From IMG/VR virus record IMGVR_UViG_3300020049_014895, positions 1 through 64,000 of that record: a stretch of 64,000 bases of DNA; one strand, given 5' to 3'. The notes under the pieces were generated by a model. It made no database searches, was not told the DNA's origin, and saw nothing but the letters and a program-made list of their open reading frames with translations. Position numbers and translations under genes: made by a program. How positions within the stretch are numbered: the first letter of the stretch is position 1; every line of letters starts with the position of its first letter. This document shows positions 53,166-63,183 of the stretch, in pieces. Source of the DNA: a virus (Duplodnaviria > Caudoviricetes).

Positions 53166-55817
53166 TTATTTTTTTGCTGGAACCTTTTCTTTCGGCTTCA
53201 CCTTAGCAGCTAAAACAATTTGCTCTGACTTGCTGTCGTGATCCTGATATCCCCTTTGGATGTTGCTTTCATGATCAACCATTTTCTCTCTAATCTTCCC
53301 TTCATGAGCAATAGTTTCCTTAGCCAAAGTTACTTGCCCAGCGATTTTCGCAACCTCTTTCTTGCCTTCATTAATTGTCTCTTGGACACCTGTAGCCTTA
53401 TCGCTATTAATATAAGCGACAATCTCTGCCCCATTGTTTTTAAGTGATTGCAACTGCATCTGCAAATCAAATTCGAAACGAGCCTTCTCAATATCGGCAT
53501 TTTTTTGAGCTTCTATTAGTGCAATTTTATTTGCGGTTACAATTTTATCAAGTTCAGCATTAGACTGAGCGGCAACTTGCGCAGACTGCATCTGCATCTG
53601 ACCATTAGCCTCTATGTCAGCCATTTTGCTAGCCTCTGCATTTTTACGATTCTTTTCCTCAAGCAAAACCATTAATTGAGCCGCAGACTTTACATCCTCC
53701 TTTAATACAGCCCGAACGCGAACAACATCAGACGGCATCAACACTCCTTGCTCAATTCCAAGATTAATCAAACCCTCAAGTTGCATGCGCTCCTCATCGT
53801 CAGGAAGCATTTCAATATCTATGGCAAACTGATTAAAAGCAATCTTTTTACCATAATTAAGCGTTTCTGTAGAGTACGCACCAATGGCGCCAATAAAAGC
53901 TTCGTTATTATAAGCAATAGAATCCTGTATCATCAATGCAATTCTGCGAACCTGGCGGACAATCAAATCATTTGCATACGTAAAAATAGGTCGCAATGCA
54001 TTGTTAGAAGCTTGAACCGCCATCTTCTGAGTACCAACTAAAGCCTCAGAATCGGGAGAGCTTGCATCAACAGCAGAATTATATCCGATTACATCATTCA
54101 TCTTTTGCAACTCATTATTATATGCAGCAAATAACACAGCAAAATCTTTCCCGATACCATTCTCTAACGGATCAATAACTCGTCCGTTAATCGCCTGCCC
54201 ATTCTTGTCTCGACTTCTGAAAGTATATGAACCAGTTTGCTCATACATCTTTGTAATTTCAATGGCGTCCATTTTTGCATTATTAGGATTTCCCATTCCA
54301 GCAACAATGGTATCCATCCCCTCCAAATCAATCGCCACACCCGGAGGTTTAGCCTTAATTAACAATTGCTGAGTCTTCAGATTAATTAAGTTGATTTGAT
54401 CCTCATGAGGAATCATTCTTTCTACCAAAGATTTATTCTCCATATCATAAATACCGGGAGCAATAATAACTATTGGCAATTCTGTTTTCGGGGAGTAACT
54501 TCCGGAAATATTTTCTCGATCAATATTCTCTGACATCTTATATTGCCAAATAAATTCTGTTCCAGGAATCCACTTTCCTTCATATCGATACTGAACCTGC
54601 TTGTTTATAACTTCTAATGAAGATTGCTTTTTATCATTCTTAATCTTTGCAAAATACTTTTGAGCATCCACCATAGTTTTAGCCACAGCCTTCCCGACTT
54701 CCATGGCTTCGCCCTTTATCCCCCACTTAGAACCATTATCTACTATAACAATAGTTTCGGGGGAAACCTCGCCTGTAAATTTATCCGATTTCTTATCAAA
54801 GAAAAATCCACCCTTTGGATTTATTTTTTTAGTTCGAACTTCTTTGTTAATAGAAAGAAAAAAGAACTCCATCACCGTAATATTGAAATTGTAATAAGGT
54901 CGAGATGCTGTTAAGCCATCATTATCGTAGTACCCCTCATAACTATTAGACCAACTCCAAATTGGATTATTGTTTTTGCCGGCTTGTGTTTTTGCAATCT
55001 CAAACAATTGCTCCTCAGTAAACGATGGATTCATTTGAGCCAACTCTCCAATCTGATATTGTTTTAAAACAGCCTGATACGGAATATTATGAAAATCCTC
55101 ATACTTACTATAAGGAGTAATTAAATCAACAGGATCTACATACTCATAACGAATATTTTTTTGTTCATCGTAATAGCGATAGGTTGCAGCCCGCTTCAAG
55201 ACAATTAAGTCGCGAATAATCTTCCTTCTTATTGTCTCTGCATCATTATTAATGAAGACAAACTTAATTGCCTTTTCCATTGCAATCGATGCCGCTGGCT
55301 TATACTTTAATTTCAAATCTAATTCCGCCTCTTCATCTGACCCAGGAACGCTTCTCCCCTTATTTATCAATGGAATGCCTGTAATCTTTTCTGTTTCATC
55401 GGAAAATTGTTTCAAGAACATATCCGCATAAAGTTCCGCGCGATGTTTGTCGTACTGAGTTTTAGACTCCGGATCAATTGGATTACACTGAATCTTATAA
55501 TTTTGATTCATCATCTTGCCTACAATGTTATCAACGATTGTAGCAATTCTGTTTACAGGGGAGAAGTCGAGATTAAGATAAGATGTATCGCCATTCAAGT
55601 CAAGACGATCCTTGTATTTCTGAATAGACTCAAGACCTTCTGCATATTTCCTGTTTATAATATCTCGCTGTCTTCGAGTATTAAACAGTGTGCTGTTTTT
55701 AGAGTACTCCGACCATATCGCCCGTGCATAACGCAACCCATAACTATCTTTTGCCTTCTCGTCTCTTGTCGCTGTAAATGATGGGAATGTCGAAATATTT
55801 TTGTCGTCTAATGCCAT
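53166..55817 (-). CDS. Portal protein
   Basis: 883 aa, YGLRYARAIW N-terminus, long C-terminal coiled-coil barrel, upstream of scaffold/MCP. Confidence 0.8.
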   Translation of the reverse strand: MALDDKNISTFPSFTATRDEKAKDSYGLRYARAIWSEYSKNSTLFNTRRQRDIINRKYAEGLESIQKYKDRLDLNGDTSYLNLDFSPVNRIATIVDNIVGKMMNQNYKIQCNPIDPESKTQYDKHRAELYADMFLKQFSDETEKITGIPLINKGRSVPGSDEEAELDLKLKYKPAASIAMEKAIKFVFINNDAETIRRKIIRDLIVLKRAATYRYYDEQKNIRYEYVDPVDLITPYSKYEDFHNIPYQAVLKQYQIGELAQMNPSFTEEQLFEIAKTQAGKNNNPIWSWSNSYEGYYDNDGLTASRPYYNFNITVMEFFFLSINKEVRTKKINPKGGFFFDKKSDKFTGEVSPETIVIVDNGSKWGIKGEAMEVGKAVAKTMVDAQKYFAKIKNDKKQSSLEVINKQVQYRYEGKWIPGTEFIWQYKMSENIDRENISGSYSPKTELPIVIIAPGIYDMENKSLVERMIPHEDQINLINLKTQQLLIKAKPPGVAIDLEGMDTIVAGMGNPNNAKMDAIEITKMYEQTGSYTFRSRDKNGQAINGRVIDPLENGIGKDFAVLFAAYNNELQKMNDVIGYNSAVDASSPDSEALVGTQKMAVQASNNALRPIFTYANDLIVRQVRRIALMIQDSIAYNNEAFIGAIGAYSTETLNYGKKIAFNQFAIDIEMLPDDEERMQLEGLINLGIEQGVLMPSDVVRVRAVLKEDVKSAAQLMVLLEEKNRKNAEASKMADIEANGQMQMQSAQVAAQSNAELDKIVTANKIALIEAQKNADIEKARFEFDLQMQLQSLKNNGAEIVAYINSDKATGVQETINEGKKEVAKIAGQVTLAKETIAHEGKIREKMVDHESNIQRGYQDHDSKSEQIVLAAKVKPKEKVPAKK

Positions 55818-55835
55818 TTATGGGAAATTTGAAAA

Positions 55836-55873
55836 CAAATATAAATTATTATTTAGAATGATTATAAATTAGA
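55836..55873 (-). promoter_or_regulatory. Late promoter, copy 5
   Basis: Box at 55851-55873, 7-nt spacer, TATATTTG. Confidence 0.8.
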
Positions 55874-55931
55874 CGCAAAATAAACCCTATCAGTTTTGTT
55901 ATTATAAATTTATTTTATTACATTTGCCAAC

Positions 55932-56123
55932 ATGATTTACAACCAAGAACAAGCACTATACGAAATATTTTGGGAAAACGAAAAAGCTCTTTCTCCAAAA
56001 TATTATGTATATAAATCAAGGCTAAGAAAAGGATTGCTTTCGCAAAAAAAAATTGAAGAAATTCTTGCAGAAAATAAATTCTCTATAACACAAAAAACCC
56101 TTTATAAAAAAAGCAAAAAATAG
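55932..56123 (+). CDS. Small hypothetical protein
   Basis: Follows a TACATTTG element at 55918-55925, divergent from the portal. Confidence 0.55.
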   Translation: MIYNQEQALYEIFWENEKALSPKYYVYKSRLRKGLLSQKKIEEILAENKFSITQKTLYKKSKK

Positions 56124-56494
56124 TGTACTATCATATTGAGAAAATATTATTTATAAAGGTGGAGGTGTCGCAAAAAATTTACGACAAAGCCATAAAAAAT
56201 AAACTAAAAGAGGTGCCTCTTCCATACACAACAAAGTGGCAAGAAGATATTCATCGAGATAATAAATTCATCCGACTAACAACACAAGGAGCATACGTTG
56301 ATCTAAATATAAAAAAAATATACATTGACAAAGAAATTATCGTTCAAATAGGATCTGTAATAGACTTTGATAGGCAAAAGATGCACCAATACACAAACCT
56401 TAAAAACGGAAACATATGCACCGCAACAACCGTTCAGGGCGCAGCAGATTTTTTTAAAGTAAACCTAAGACACATAAAAAAAGTAAAACCATGA
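56123..56494 (+). CDS. Hypothetical protein
   Basis: GTG start coupled to the upstream stop. Confidence 0.5.
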   Translation: MYYHIEKILFIKVEVSQKIYDKAIKNKLKEVPLPYTTKWQEDIHRDNKFIRLTTQGAYVDLNIKKIYIDKEIIVQIGSVIDFDRQKMHQYTNLKNGNICTATTVQGAADFFKVNLRHIKKVKP

Positions 56495-57237
56495 CAACTA
56501 AAACTAAAGAAGTACGTATTGGAGCGATATCGCTTAACAATAACGGAAGCAATGGACTTGTAGTAAAATACGAGCAAACAGAAATCAGAAACAACCGAGA
56601 ATTCTTTACTGAATACTCCGCAAAGAAAAAGTTTCCTATTCACCAGGAACTAAACGACAAGTTCCTCGAACTTATTCCTTTCTTATTGGAGTTATGTAAC
56701 TACGAATCGGATGCAGCACTCATTAACGGGACCAAAATTGTTGCCGTTAAATACAACGACACCGGATTTGTGCTTTCCGGGAAAATGTCTGCAATCGCTG
56801 AAAAAGAATTCGCCATCAACACTCCTTTAATTACAGAGGACGATGGGTACCCCAATTTCGCGAAAGTATCGGAAATTTTAAACGATATCTACTCTGAGAC
56901 AAAAGAGTACATGGAAGGCAAGAAAGTGCTCTCAGACATCCAATACGTGATAAATCTGAATAAAGGCAATGCCAACTTCGATGCTAAAACATTCGAAAGT
57001 CTTTCGCAAGAAGAGCAATGGAAAATCGCCTCCGACTTTATGGAGAAAAACAAATGCATCGTTACAAAGATTGACGACATAGAAGAAGGCGAAGAAGAAG
57101 GTGAGCCAGTAATATTCGATGAAGAACCATCGATCGAAGTGAAAACCCCGGAAGTGAAATCAAACATCGCTGACGAAGATTTTATTCCAACACTTGAACC
57201 GGTTAAGGAATCTACAGCTAAAAAGAAAGTAGGATAA
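56491..57237 (+). CDS. Hypothetical protein
   Basis: 248 aa with acidic tail. Confidence 0.7.
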   Translation: MTTKTKEVRIGAISLNNNGSNGLVVKYEQTEIRNNREFFTEYSAKKKFPIHQELNDKFLELIPFLLELCNYESDAALINGTKIVAVKYNDTGFVLSGKMSAIAEKEFAINTPLITEDDGYPNFAKVSEILNDIYSETKEYMEGKKVLSDIQYVINLNKGNANFDAKTFESLSQEEQWKIASDFMEKNKCIVTKIDDIEEGEEEGEPVIFDEEPSIEVKTPEVKSNIADEDFIPTLEPVKESTAKKKVG

Positions 57238-58035
57238 ATGATCAAAGGCCTTGATAACTACGTAACGCTTGAACCCGAAAGCCATATCTATACAGATAAG
57301 GACGGAGGGCAATATTTAAGCGTCTCAAAATTCCTTGAACTTTTCTCGAAAAAGTTTGATAGAATGGGAATATCCAAAATGTCGGCAATAAAAAAAGGTA
57401 TCTCTCAAGAAGAGATACTTGCCGATTGGGATAAAAAAAGAGACGACTCTATTGACCACGGAAATCGGGTGCACCACGCATTAGAACGATACGAGCAATC
57501 AATGGTGATACTTCCGGAAGATGAAGACCTAAGGCCAATGATTCTTTCTGTTACAAAGCAATACGCCCATTACTACAGATGCTACCAAGAGGTCTGCCTA
57601 TATGATTCAGAACACATGATTGCCGGAACATCCGACAAAGTTTTACAATGCACCTCTCACCCAAAATCTGTTTTTGATTTATCTGATTACAAAACTAACC
57701 TATCGAAAGGGATACAATTTAAAAACGATTACGGACAATACATGCTTGGCCCACTTTCGCACCTTCAAGATTGCAACTACAACAAATATGCGTTACAATT
57801 AAGCATCTATTCATATTTGCTACAAAAGAAAACTGGATGCAAAATAGGTCAGCTATCAATCCATTATATTCCGGCACACAATGGCCTGTATAACATAAAA
57901 TATCCCGTACCATATATGAAGATGGAAGTTGAGGCGATGCTTAAATGGAAGCAGGAAAATCCTATAATCTTAAATTCAAAACCGGCACCGCAGAAAAATT
58001 CCCTTAACCACATTCAAACAGATTGGACACTATGA
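57238..58035 (+). CDS. PD-(D/E)XK exonuclease
   Basis: HGNRVH, QEVCLY, AGTSD, DYKT, YALQLSIY motifs. Confidence 0.85.
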   Translation: MIKGLDNYVTLEPESHIYTDKDGGQYLSVSKFLELFSKKFDRMGISKMSAIKKGISQEEILADWDKKRDDSIDHGNRVHHALERYEQSMVILPEDEDLRPMILSVTKQYAHYYRCYQEVCLYDSEHMIAGTSDKVLQCTSHPKSVFDLSDYKTNLSKGIQFKNDYGQYMLGPLSHLQDCNYNKYALQLSIYSYLLQKKTGCKIGQLSIHYIPAHNGLYNIKYPVPYMKMEVEAMLKWKQENPIILNSKPAPQKNSLNHIQTDWTL

Positions 58036-58423
58036 GAAACTTCATCAAGCAAAATCTCGCCAACCGATTCCGGCCGGATCCAAAACCAGAAAAAGTAATA
58101 AAGCCAAAAAAGAAATATTCCTTTAAGAAAAAACCTACCGGAGAAGCCCAAGTTTTCGAAAAGATTTGGAACGAAAGACCTCATTTCTGTCAAATATGCT
58201 TTACGCCAATTCCCGAAGCATCTCCATCCAACTTCATGCATGTGCTCGCTAAAGGCCTTAACAAGTACCCTAAATTCAAATTAAACCCGCAAACATCGCC
58301 CTCGCATGCTCCGATTGTCACCACATCTGGGATAACGCTCGCCACAAAGCAAACACTCCAGAATGGAAATGGGTGCACGAATTGGAACTATCTCTAAAAC
58401 AGCAATATAGCAAAATTTCGTAA
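58032..58423 (+). pseudogene. HNH/NinG-like zinc-finger nuclease with a frameshift
   Basis: CQIC..HVL..YPKFKLNPQ continues in another frame as NIALACSDCHHIWD; one extra A at 58291-58293 would restore it. Confidence 0.75.
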
Positions 58424-58490
58424 AAATATTACTAAAATAGTTTGCGTAATTCGTAACTTTTTTATTAATTTGCATGTATAATAATCAAAT

Positions 58491-58931
58491 ATGAAAAACA
58501 GAAACCTACCACACAGCGACAATTGGGCAACGCCTTCTTATTTTTACGACCCGCTTAATGCGGAATTTAATTTCGACTTCGATCCTTGCCCTTTATGCTA
58601 CGAAACAATTCCGCAAGAACGAAATGGCCTTTTAATTGAATGGGGGCGAGCCAACTTCATTAACCCTCCATATTCAAAAGAGCTTAAAACGCCATTTATC
58701 CTAAAAGCAATAGAAGAAAGCAAAAAAGGAAAACTTTGCGTAATGCTTTTGCCGGTATCAACATCTACAAAACTTTTTCATGACATAATTCTTCCAAACA
58801 TTTCCGAGCCAATCCGATTCGTTAAAGGAAGAATAAAATTTATAGGACACAACACTAAAGGAGAATTAGTATCAAACAAATCTCCAATGCACGATTCAAT
58901 GATCGTAATTTTTGATGGAAGAAATAAATGA
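58491..58931 (+). CDS. Phage N6-adenine methyltransferase (Dam-like)
   Basis: DNWATP, FDFDPC, NPPYS, VMLLPVSTST motifs. Confidence 0.85.
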   Translation: MKNRNLPHSDNWATPSYFYDPLNAEFNFDFDPCPLCYETIPQERNGLLIEWGRANFINPPYSKELKTPFILKAIEESKKGKLCVMLLPVSTSTKLFHDIILPNISEPIRFVKGRIKFIGHNTKGELVSNKSPMHDSMIVIFDGRNK

Positions 58932-59233
58932 AAATCATCGTACCCAAAATAGAATACGTCCAAGCCGGCATCACCATCGCTATGAGAAAAAAACATTCTC
59001 CGGCACTAACCGTCTTAGCCGAACTCATCCGGCTTAACGAAACTGGAGAAATACCGAAGGCTGCATCCCTTCACAAGCACTTCTCCAAACAATTTAACAT
59101 CAAGCAATCGAAATTCAATAAAATTATTGCCGATCTTATTAACGATGAAATTATCGCCCGGAAACAAAACACAATAACATTCTGCCCAGAACTTACCAAA
59201 CCTACAAACAAAATATTAATACAACAAGCATAA
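58928..59233 (+). CDS. Putative winged-helix DNA-binding protein
   Basis: FNIKQSKFNKIIADLINDEII helix pattern. Confidence 0.45.
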   Translation: MKIIVPKIEYVQAGITIAMRKKHSPALTVLAELIRLNETGEIPKAASLHKHFSKQFNIKQSKFNKIIADLINDEIIARKQNTITFCPELTKPTNKILIQQA

Positions 59234-59910
59234 TGGAAAACATCATCGGATACATTAGAGTGTCAACAGGAGACCAAGAAAACTCCCTCGAACTTCAAGA
59301 AAAAGCAATCAGACAATATTGCTCCTTCAGAGAGCTTAACCTTACCGAAATATTCATCGACCAAGATGTCTCCGGATTCAAACAATTCGAATCAAGAGAA
59401 GGTGGAAAAAATCTATCCGCCAAACTTAACCTCACCAAAAACATCGTTGCCGTTAAGCCCGATCGACTATTCCGAAATACAATCGATGGCCTCACCACAG
59501 TCGATAAATGGAACGACAAAGGTATCTCCCTACACATCGTTGACATGGGAGGAGTAGCCCTTAACACCAAAACAGCCATCGGAAGACTTCTATTTACCAC
59601 ACTGATATCTTTCTCCCAATTTGAACGAGATATCACCGGAGAGCGCGTCAAATCAATTCTAAACGATAAGAAATCTTCTAAGAAAATATACTGCTCGGAC
59701 GTCTTCGGATTCGATAAAAACAATGGAGAACTCATCCCAAACCCAGCTGAACAACAAATATTATCCGAAATTAAACGCCTCACCGAAACCGGTAAAGGAC
59801 CATCCTTCATCGCCAGATACCTCAATAGCAACAACCACAAATCCAAAACAGGTGGTAAATTCTATCAATCTACCATAAACTACATCGTCAAAAATTCTTT
59901 ATACAACTAA
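59233..59910 (+). CDS. Serine recombinase (resolvase type)
   Basis: GYIRVST (catalytic Ser), DVSG, DRLFR, short C-terminal DNA-binding domain. Confidence 0.9.
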   Translation: MENIIGYIRVSTGDQENSLELQEKAIRQYCSFRELNLTEIFIDQDVSGFKQFESREGGKNLSAKLNLTKNIVAVKPDRLFRNTIDGLTTVDKWNDKGISLHIVDMGGVALNTKTAIGRLLFTTLISFSQFERDITGERVKSILNDKKSSKKIYCSDVFGFDKNNGELIPNPAEQQILSEIKRLTETGKGPSFIARYLNSNNHKSKTGGKFYQSTINYIVKNSLYN

Positions 59911-59914
59911 AAAT

Positions 59915-61300
59915 ATGATAAAAATAGGAACTGTATGTAGTGGAATCGGTAGTCCGGAACAAGCAATCAAAGAACTCAACATCGACCACGAAATAGTCTT
60001 CGCTGCCGAAATAGACAAATACGCCAAACAAACATATCTCGCTAACTTCTCCCCTAAGTTCATGCTTAACGACATGACAACCGAAGACTGGAGCCGACCG
60101 GAATTGTATTGCGATGTGTTTTTGGGCGGGATACCTTGTCAATCATTTTCTCTCGCTGGGAAGAGATTGGGGGAATTAGATCCGAGAGGATTGTTGTTTT
60201 ATAACTTTTATGATTATGTGAAGAAGCAGAGGCCGAAATATTTTGTGATAGAGAATGTAAAAGGGTTGTTGAGCGCTGCCGGTGGCAGGACGTTTCAGAA
60301 TTGGTTGGATTTACTTGGCCAGAGTGTGAATAATCAGCATAATATGTTTGTGCATGATGATAGCTTGGGATATAATTTGCATTGGGAGGTGTTGAATAGT
60401 AAGGATTATGGAGTACCTCAGAATCGGGAGAGAGTGTTTTTGGTAGGGATTAGGGAGGATTTAGCGAATGATTTTAGATTCCCGGTAGGTTGGAAGCTGG
60501 ATAAGAGGTTAAAGGATGTGTTGGAGCCGGTAGTTGATGAGAAGTATTATTTGAGTGATAAGATGCTGGAGGGGTTTTTAAATAAAAATGAAGAAAGTAA
60601 AGAGAAGGGTAACGGATTTAATTTCCGCCCAAAAGAAGATGACGAAATTGGCTCGTGCATTACTGTACGAGTGTTTAAGATGGGAGTTGATGATAATTAT
60701 ATAAAAGTCCCAGAGGCAACAAAAAAAGGCTTCGATATCGCCACTGAAGGAGACTCCATTAATCTTTCTAATCCTAATAGTGAAACCCGAAGAGGCCGTG
60801 TTGGCAAGCAGATTGCCAACACTCTTGAGACATCTTGTAATCAAGCGGTAGTGGAACCATTCTGCGTTGCCATGCGAGGACGTAATCCCGAAAACCCCTC
60901 CGACAGAACTACCGGAGCACCTACCGAACAAAGACTCGAACCAAACACAAATGGTGTTGACAACACCATTACTTCCGTGCAAAAAGATAATCTGATTGTG
61001 GAGCCGAAACTTGAAAAGGTAGCGCAAATACAAGGTAAACATGAAAGTAGTGGGAGAATCTATTCTCCCACCGGACTATCTCCTACCATAACAGCCAAGC
61101 AAGGTGGTGGACATGAGCCATTCACTCAAATTAAAAACCGTATACGTAGACTTACCCCGCTCGAATGCTTCAGGCTTCAAGGATTTTCTGACTCATTCAT
61201 TAAGCCCTGCAGCGATAGTCAGACTTATAAGCAAGCCGGAAACACCATCACCGTCAACGTCATTAAAGCAATCCTTAAAAACCTCCTTAAAGCTCCCTAA
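59915..61300 (+). CDS. C5-cytosine DNA methyltransferase
   Basis: CSGIG, PCQSFS, ENVKGL, QNRERV, RRLTPLEC, YKQAGN motifs. Confidence 0.93.
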   Translation: MIKIGTVCSGIGSPEQAIKELNIDHEIVFAAEIDKYAKQTYLANFSPKFMLNDMTTEDWSRPELYCDVFLGGIPCQSFSLAGKRLGELDPRGLLFYNFYDYVKKQRPKYFVIENVKGLLSAAGGRTFQNWLDLLGQSVNNQHNMFVHDDSLGYNLHWEVLNSKDYGVPQNRERVFLVGIREDLANDFRFPVGWKLDKRLKDVLEPVVDEKYYLSDKMLEGFLNKNEESKEKGNGFNFRPKEDDEIGSCITVRVFKMGVDDNYIKVPEATKKGFDIATEGDSINLSNPNSETRRGRVGKQIANTLETSCNQAVVEPFCVAMRGRNPENPSDRTTGAPTEQRLEPNTNGVDNTITSVQKDNLIVEPKLEKVAQIQGKHESSGRIYSPTGLSPTITAKQGGGHEPFTQIKNRIRRLTPLECFRLQGFSDSFIKPCSDSQTYKQAGNTITVNVIKAILKNLLKAP

Positions 61301-61314
61301 AAAGAGCTTTTTTT
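61289..61314 (+). terminator. Intrinsic terminator
   Basis: AAAGCTC/GAGCTTT stem and T run. Confidence 0.65.
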
Positions 61315-61347
61315 ATGGACAAATATAAAAACATATTTAATTTTTAT

Positions 61348-61460
61348 TATATTTGCATCACTGATTCACTATGAAAACATTAAAAAGTCCTATCATTTAC
61401 ATTGCCAATAGTTGCATCCTGCAATAAGTGGATCAGTCTTTGTATTTGGTAGGCACTTTT
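61348..61460 (+). ncRNA. Promoter plus structured 5' leader
   Basis: TATATTTG (61348-61355); ACTGATTCACT (61360-61370) pairs with AGTGGATCAGT (61427-61437) inside stem AAAAGTCCTATCA/TGGTAGGCACTTTT. Confidence 0.5.
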
Positions 61461-61463
61461 ATT

Positions 61464-62045
61464 ATGCAAAATTATATTAAAACATCTGATATTTCTAAGG
61501 AATTTTATTGTAACATAGCTATAGTTAATAAACTCATAAAAGACTTTAGAATACCACACAATCAAGAACAAGCTGGAAACTTATTAGTAGAAAAAGAAGT
61601 ATTTGAAATACTAAAAAAAACAAGAGACCACTATAATAGCAGAATTATTGACATAGAAACACTTAAAAAGCACAGAACAAAATTAATTCCATTCAATAAT
61701 AAAGCATATATTTATTTCTTATTTAATGACGAAGAACTGATATACATCGGACAATCAATTAGTGTAGCTGGAAGAATTGATACGCATAATAAAAGTAAAA
61801 AATTTAATTATGTAACTCTTATATCTGTTCCAGAAAAAATATTAAATATTGTTGAAATGGTTTATATTGGAAAATACAAACCTGAGTTAAATACAACAGG
61901 AACTGAAAACGGAGTGTCATTAAGTCAAATTTTTACTGAAGCATATAACGATAGACCAAAAAAATATGCCCATGTAATATACGATCCAATACCAATTAAT
62001 AACGAAGAATACTCCGAAATAGATTACAACGAATTTCAATACTAA
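61464..62045 (+). CDS. GIY-YIG-domain protein with N-terminal HTH-like region
   Basis: YIYFL...IYIGQS...RI..H...E..YI.KYKPELN; ATG 61464 preferred over the track start inside the leader. Confidence 0.7.
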   Translation: MQNYIKTSDISKEFYCNIAIVNKLIKDFRIPHNQEQAGNLLVEKEVFEILKKTRDHYNSRIIDIETLKKHRTKLIPFNNKAYIYFLFNDEELIYIGQSISVAGRIDTHNKSKKFNYVTLISVPEKILNIVEMVYIGKYKPELNTTGTENGVSLSQIFTEAYNDRPKKYAHVIYDPIPINNEEYSEIDYNEFQY

Positions 62046-62397
62046 AAAAATTCTTTACAGGTATTGAGGGAGGGGATAACCCCCAGGCAAGCGGGGGGAC
62101 CTAAACAAATCCCAAACAAAAACCTTTCGACCGGGTGCCCTCTCTTTCGTTTAACTTTTCAGTTTCAAATTACACTAAAATTCAATAGAATCAAGGCTTT
62201 CAAGCTAATTTCTAACTAAACAAAGTAACCTTGTTTTGTTTATTCCTTCTAAATGATCTAACTAATTGCATAAAATAGCAACTAATTTCCTTGCTCGAAT
62301 CCCTTTGTTTGCATATCTTTGTACACAAATAAAAGAAGTTTCCGCTGTCCGTTATCCTTGGATAGCTACTAATAACGAATACTAAAATTTACTTTGA

Positions 62398-62697
62398 ATG
62401 GCGAAGTACTATGTAAGCAAGCGATTAAATCCTATATTGTTTCATGCTCAACGTTTAGGATACTCTAAGCAGGATATTTGTAATCATTTAGGCTGTGAGG
62501 GAAAGACCTTGGACAAGTGGATTGCGAACCCTTCAAACATAACCTTTAAGCATTTGATTATTTTTAGTGGCTTATATGGTATTCCTTTGGAGGAATTTGT
62601 TTGGCTGCTATCCAGGAACAAGGCAAATGTAAGTGAATCCGGTAAATGGTTTTTGGAAGAGATAAGAGAGAGGAATAAGGAAGAAGAATCTATTTAA
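62398..62697 (+). CDS. HTH (Cro/CI-like) transcriptional regulator
   Basis: SKQDICNHLGCEGKTLDKW helix-turn-helix. Confidence 0.65.
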   Translation: MAKYYVSKRLNPILFHAQRLGYSKQDICNHLGCEGKTLDKWIANPSNITFKHLIIFSGLYGIPLEEFVWLLSRNKANVSESGKWFLEEIRERNKEEESI

Positions 62698-62960
62698 GTG
62701 TTTTTTGTTTATGGCTTTTTTTTGTTTGTTGTTTGTTTCTTACTATGTATAAAAGTTCTTTGATTATTTGGGCGATTGCCCGCGGTCGCTGTCGCGCCCT
62801 CGTTCACCGGGCTATTCATTCAATCTTTTGTTCGTACCTCACAAAAGGATTTTCTTTCTATCCCTATCGCAAAACCGCGAAACATTTTTAACGTTTTTTA
62901 TTTAATCGTAAATTTATTACTATTTTCGTTTGTGATATTCGTAATTATTTTACGAAAGTT

Positions 62961-63143
62961 TTATATAGCGTCCAAATATTCTTTTAGAGCCTTGTTGACA
63001 GAATTTATATAAGCCTCTTTTAGTTCGTTTCTTCCCCATCCTGTTTTTGTGGCAAGTTTCTCAAAAAATAATTCTTGGATTCTATCTAATATAAATTTAT
63101 TCATTTTTAAGCGATTTAAGAGCGTTTTATTTATTTGTGGCAC
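62961..63143 (-). CDS. Small hypothetical protein
   Basis: KTGWGRNELK motif. Confidence 0.55.
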   Translation of the reverse strand: MPQINKTLLNRLKMNKFILDRIQELFFEKLATKTGWGRNELKEAYINSVNKALKEYLDAI

Positions 63144-63183
63144 AATGATGCGTTTAGATATAAAATAATTAATCTATATTCAA

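Noticed and set aside
59295-59846. 183-aa minus-strand ORF
   Set aside because: Antisense shadow of the serine recombinase.
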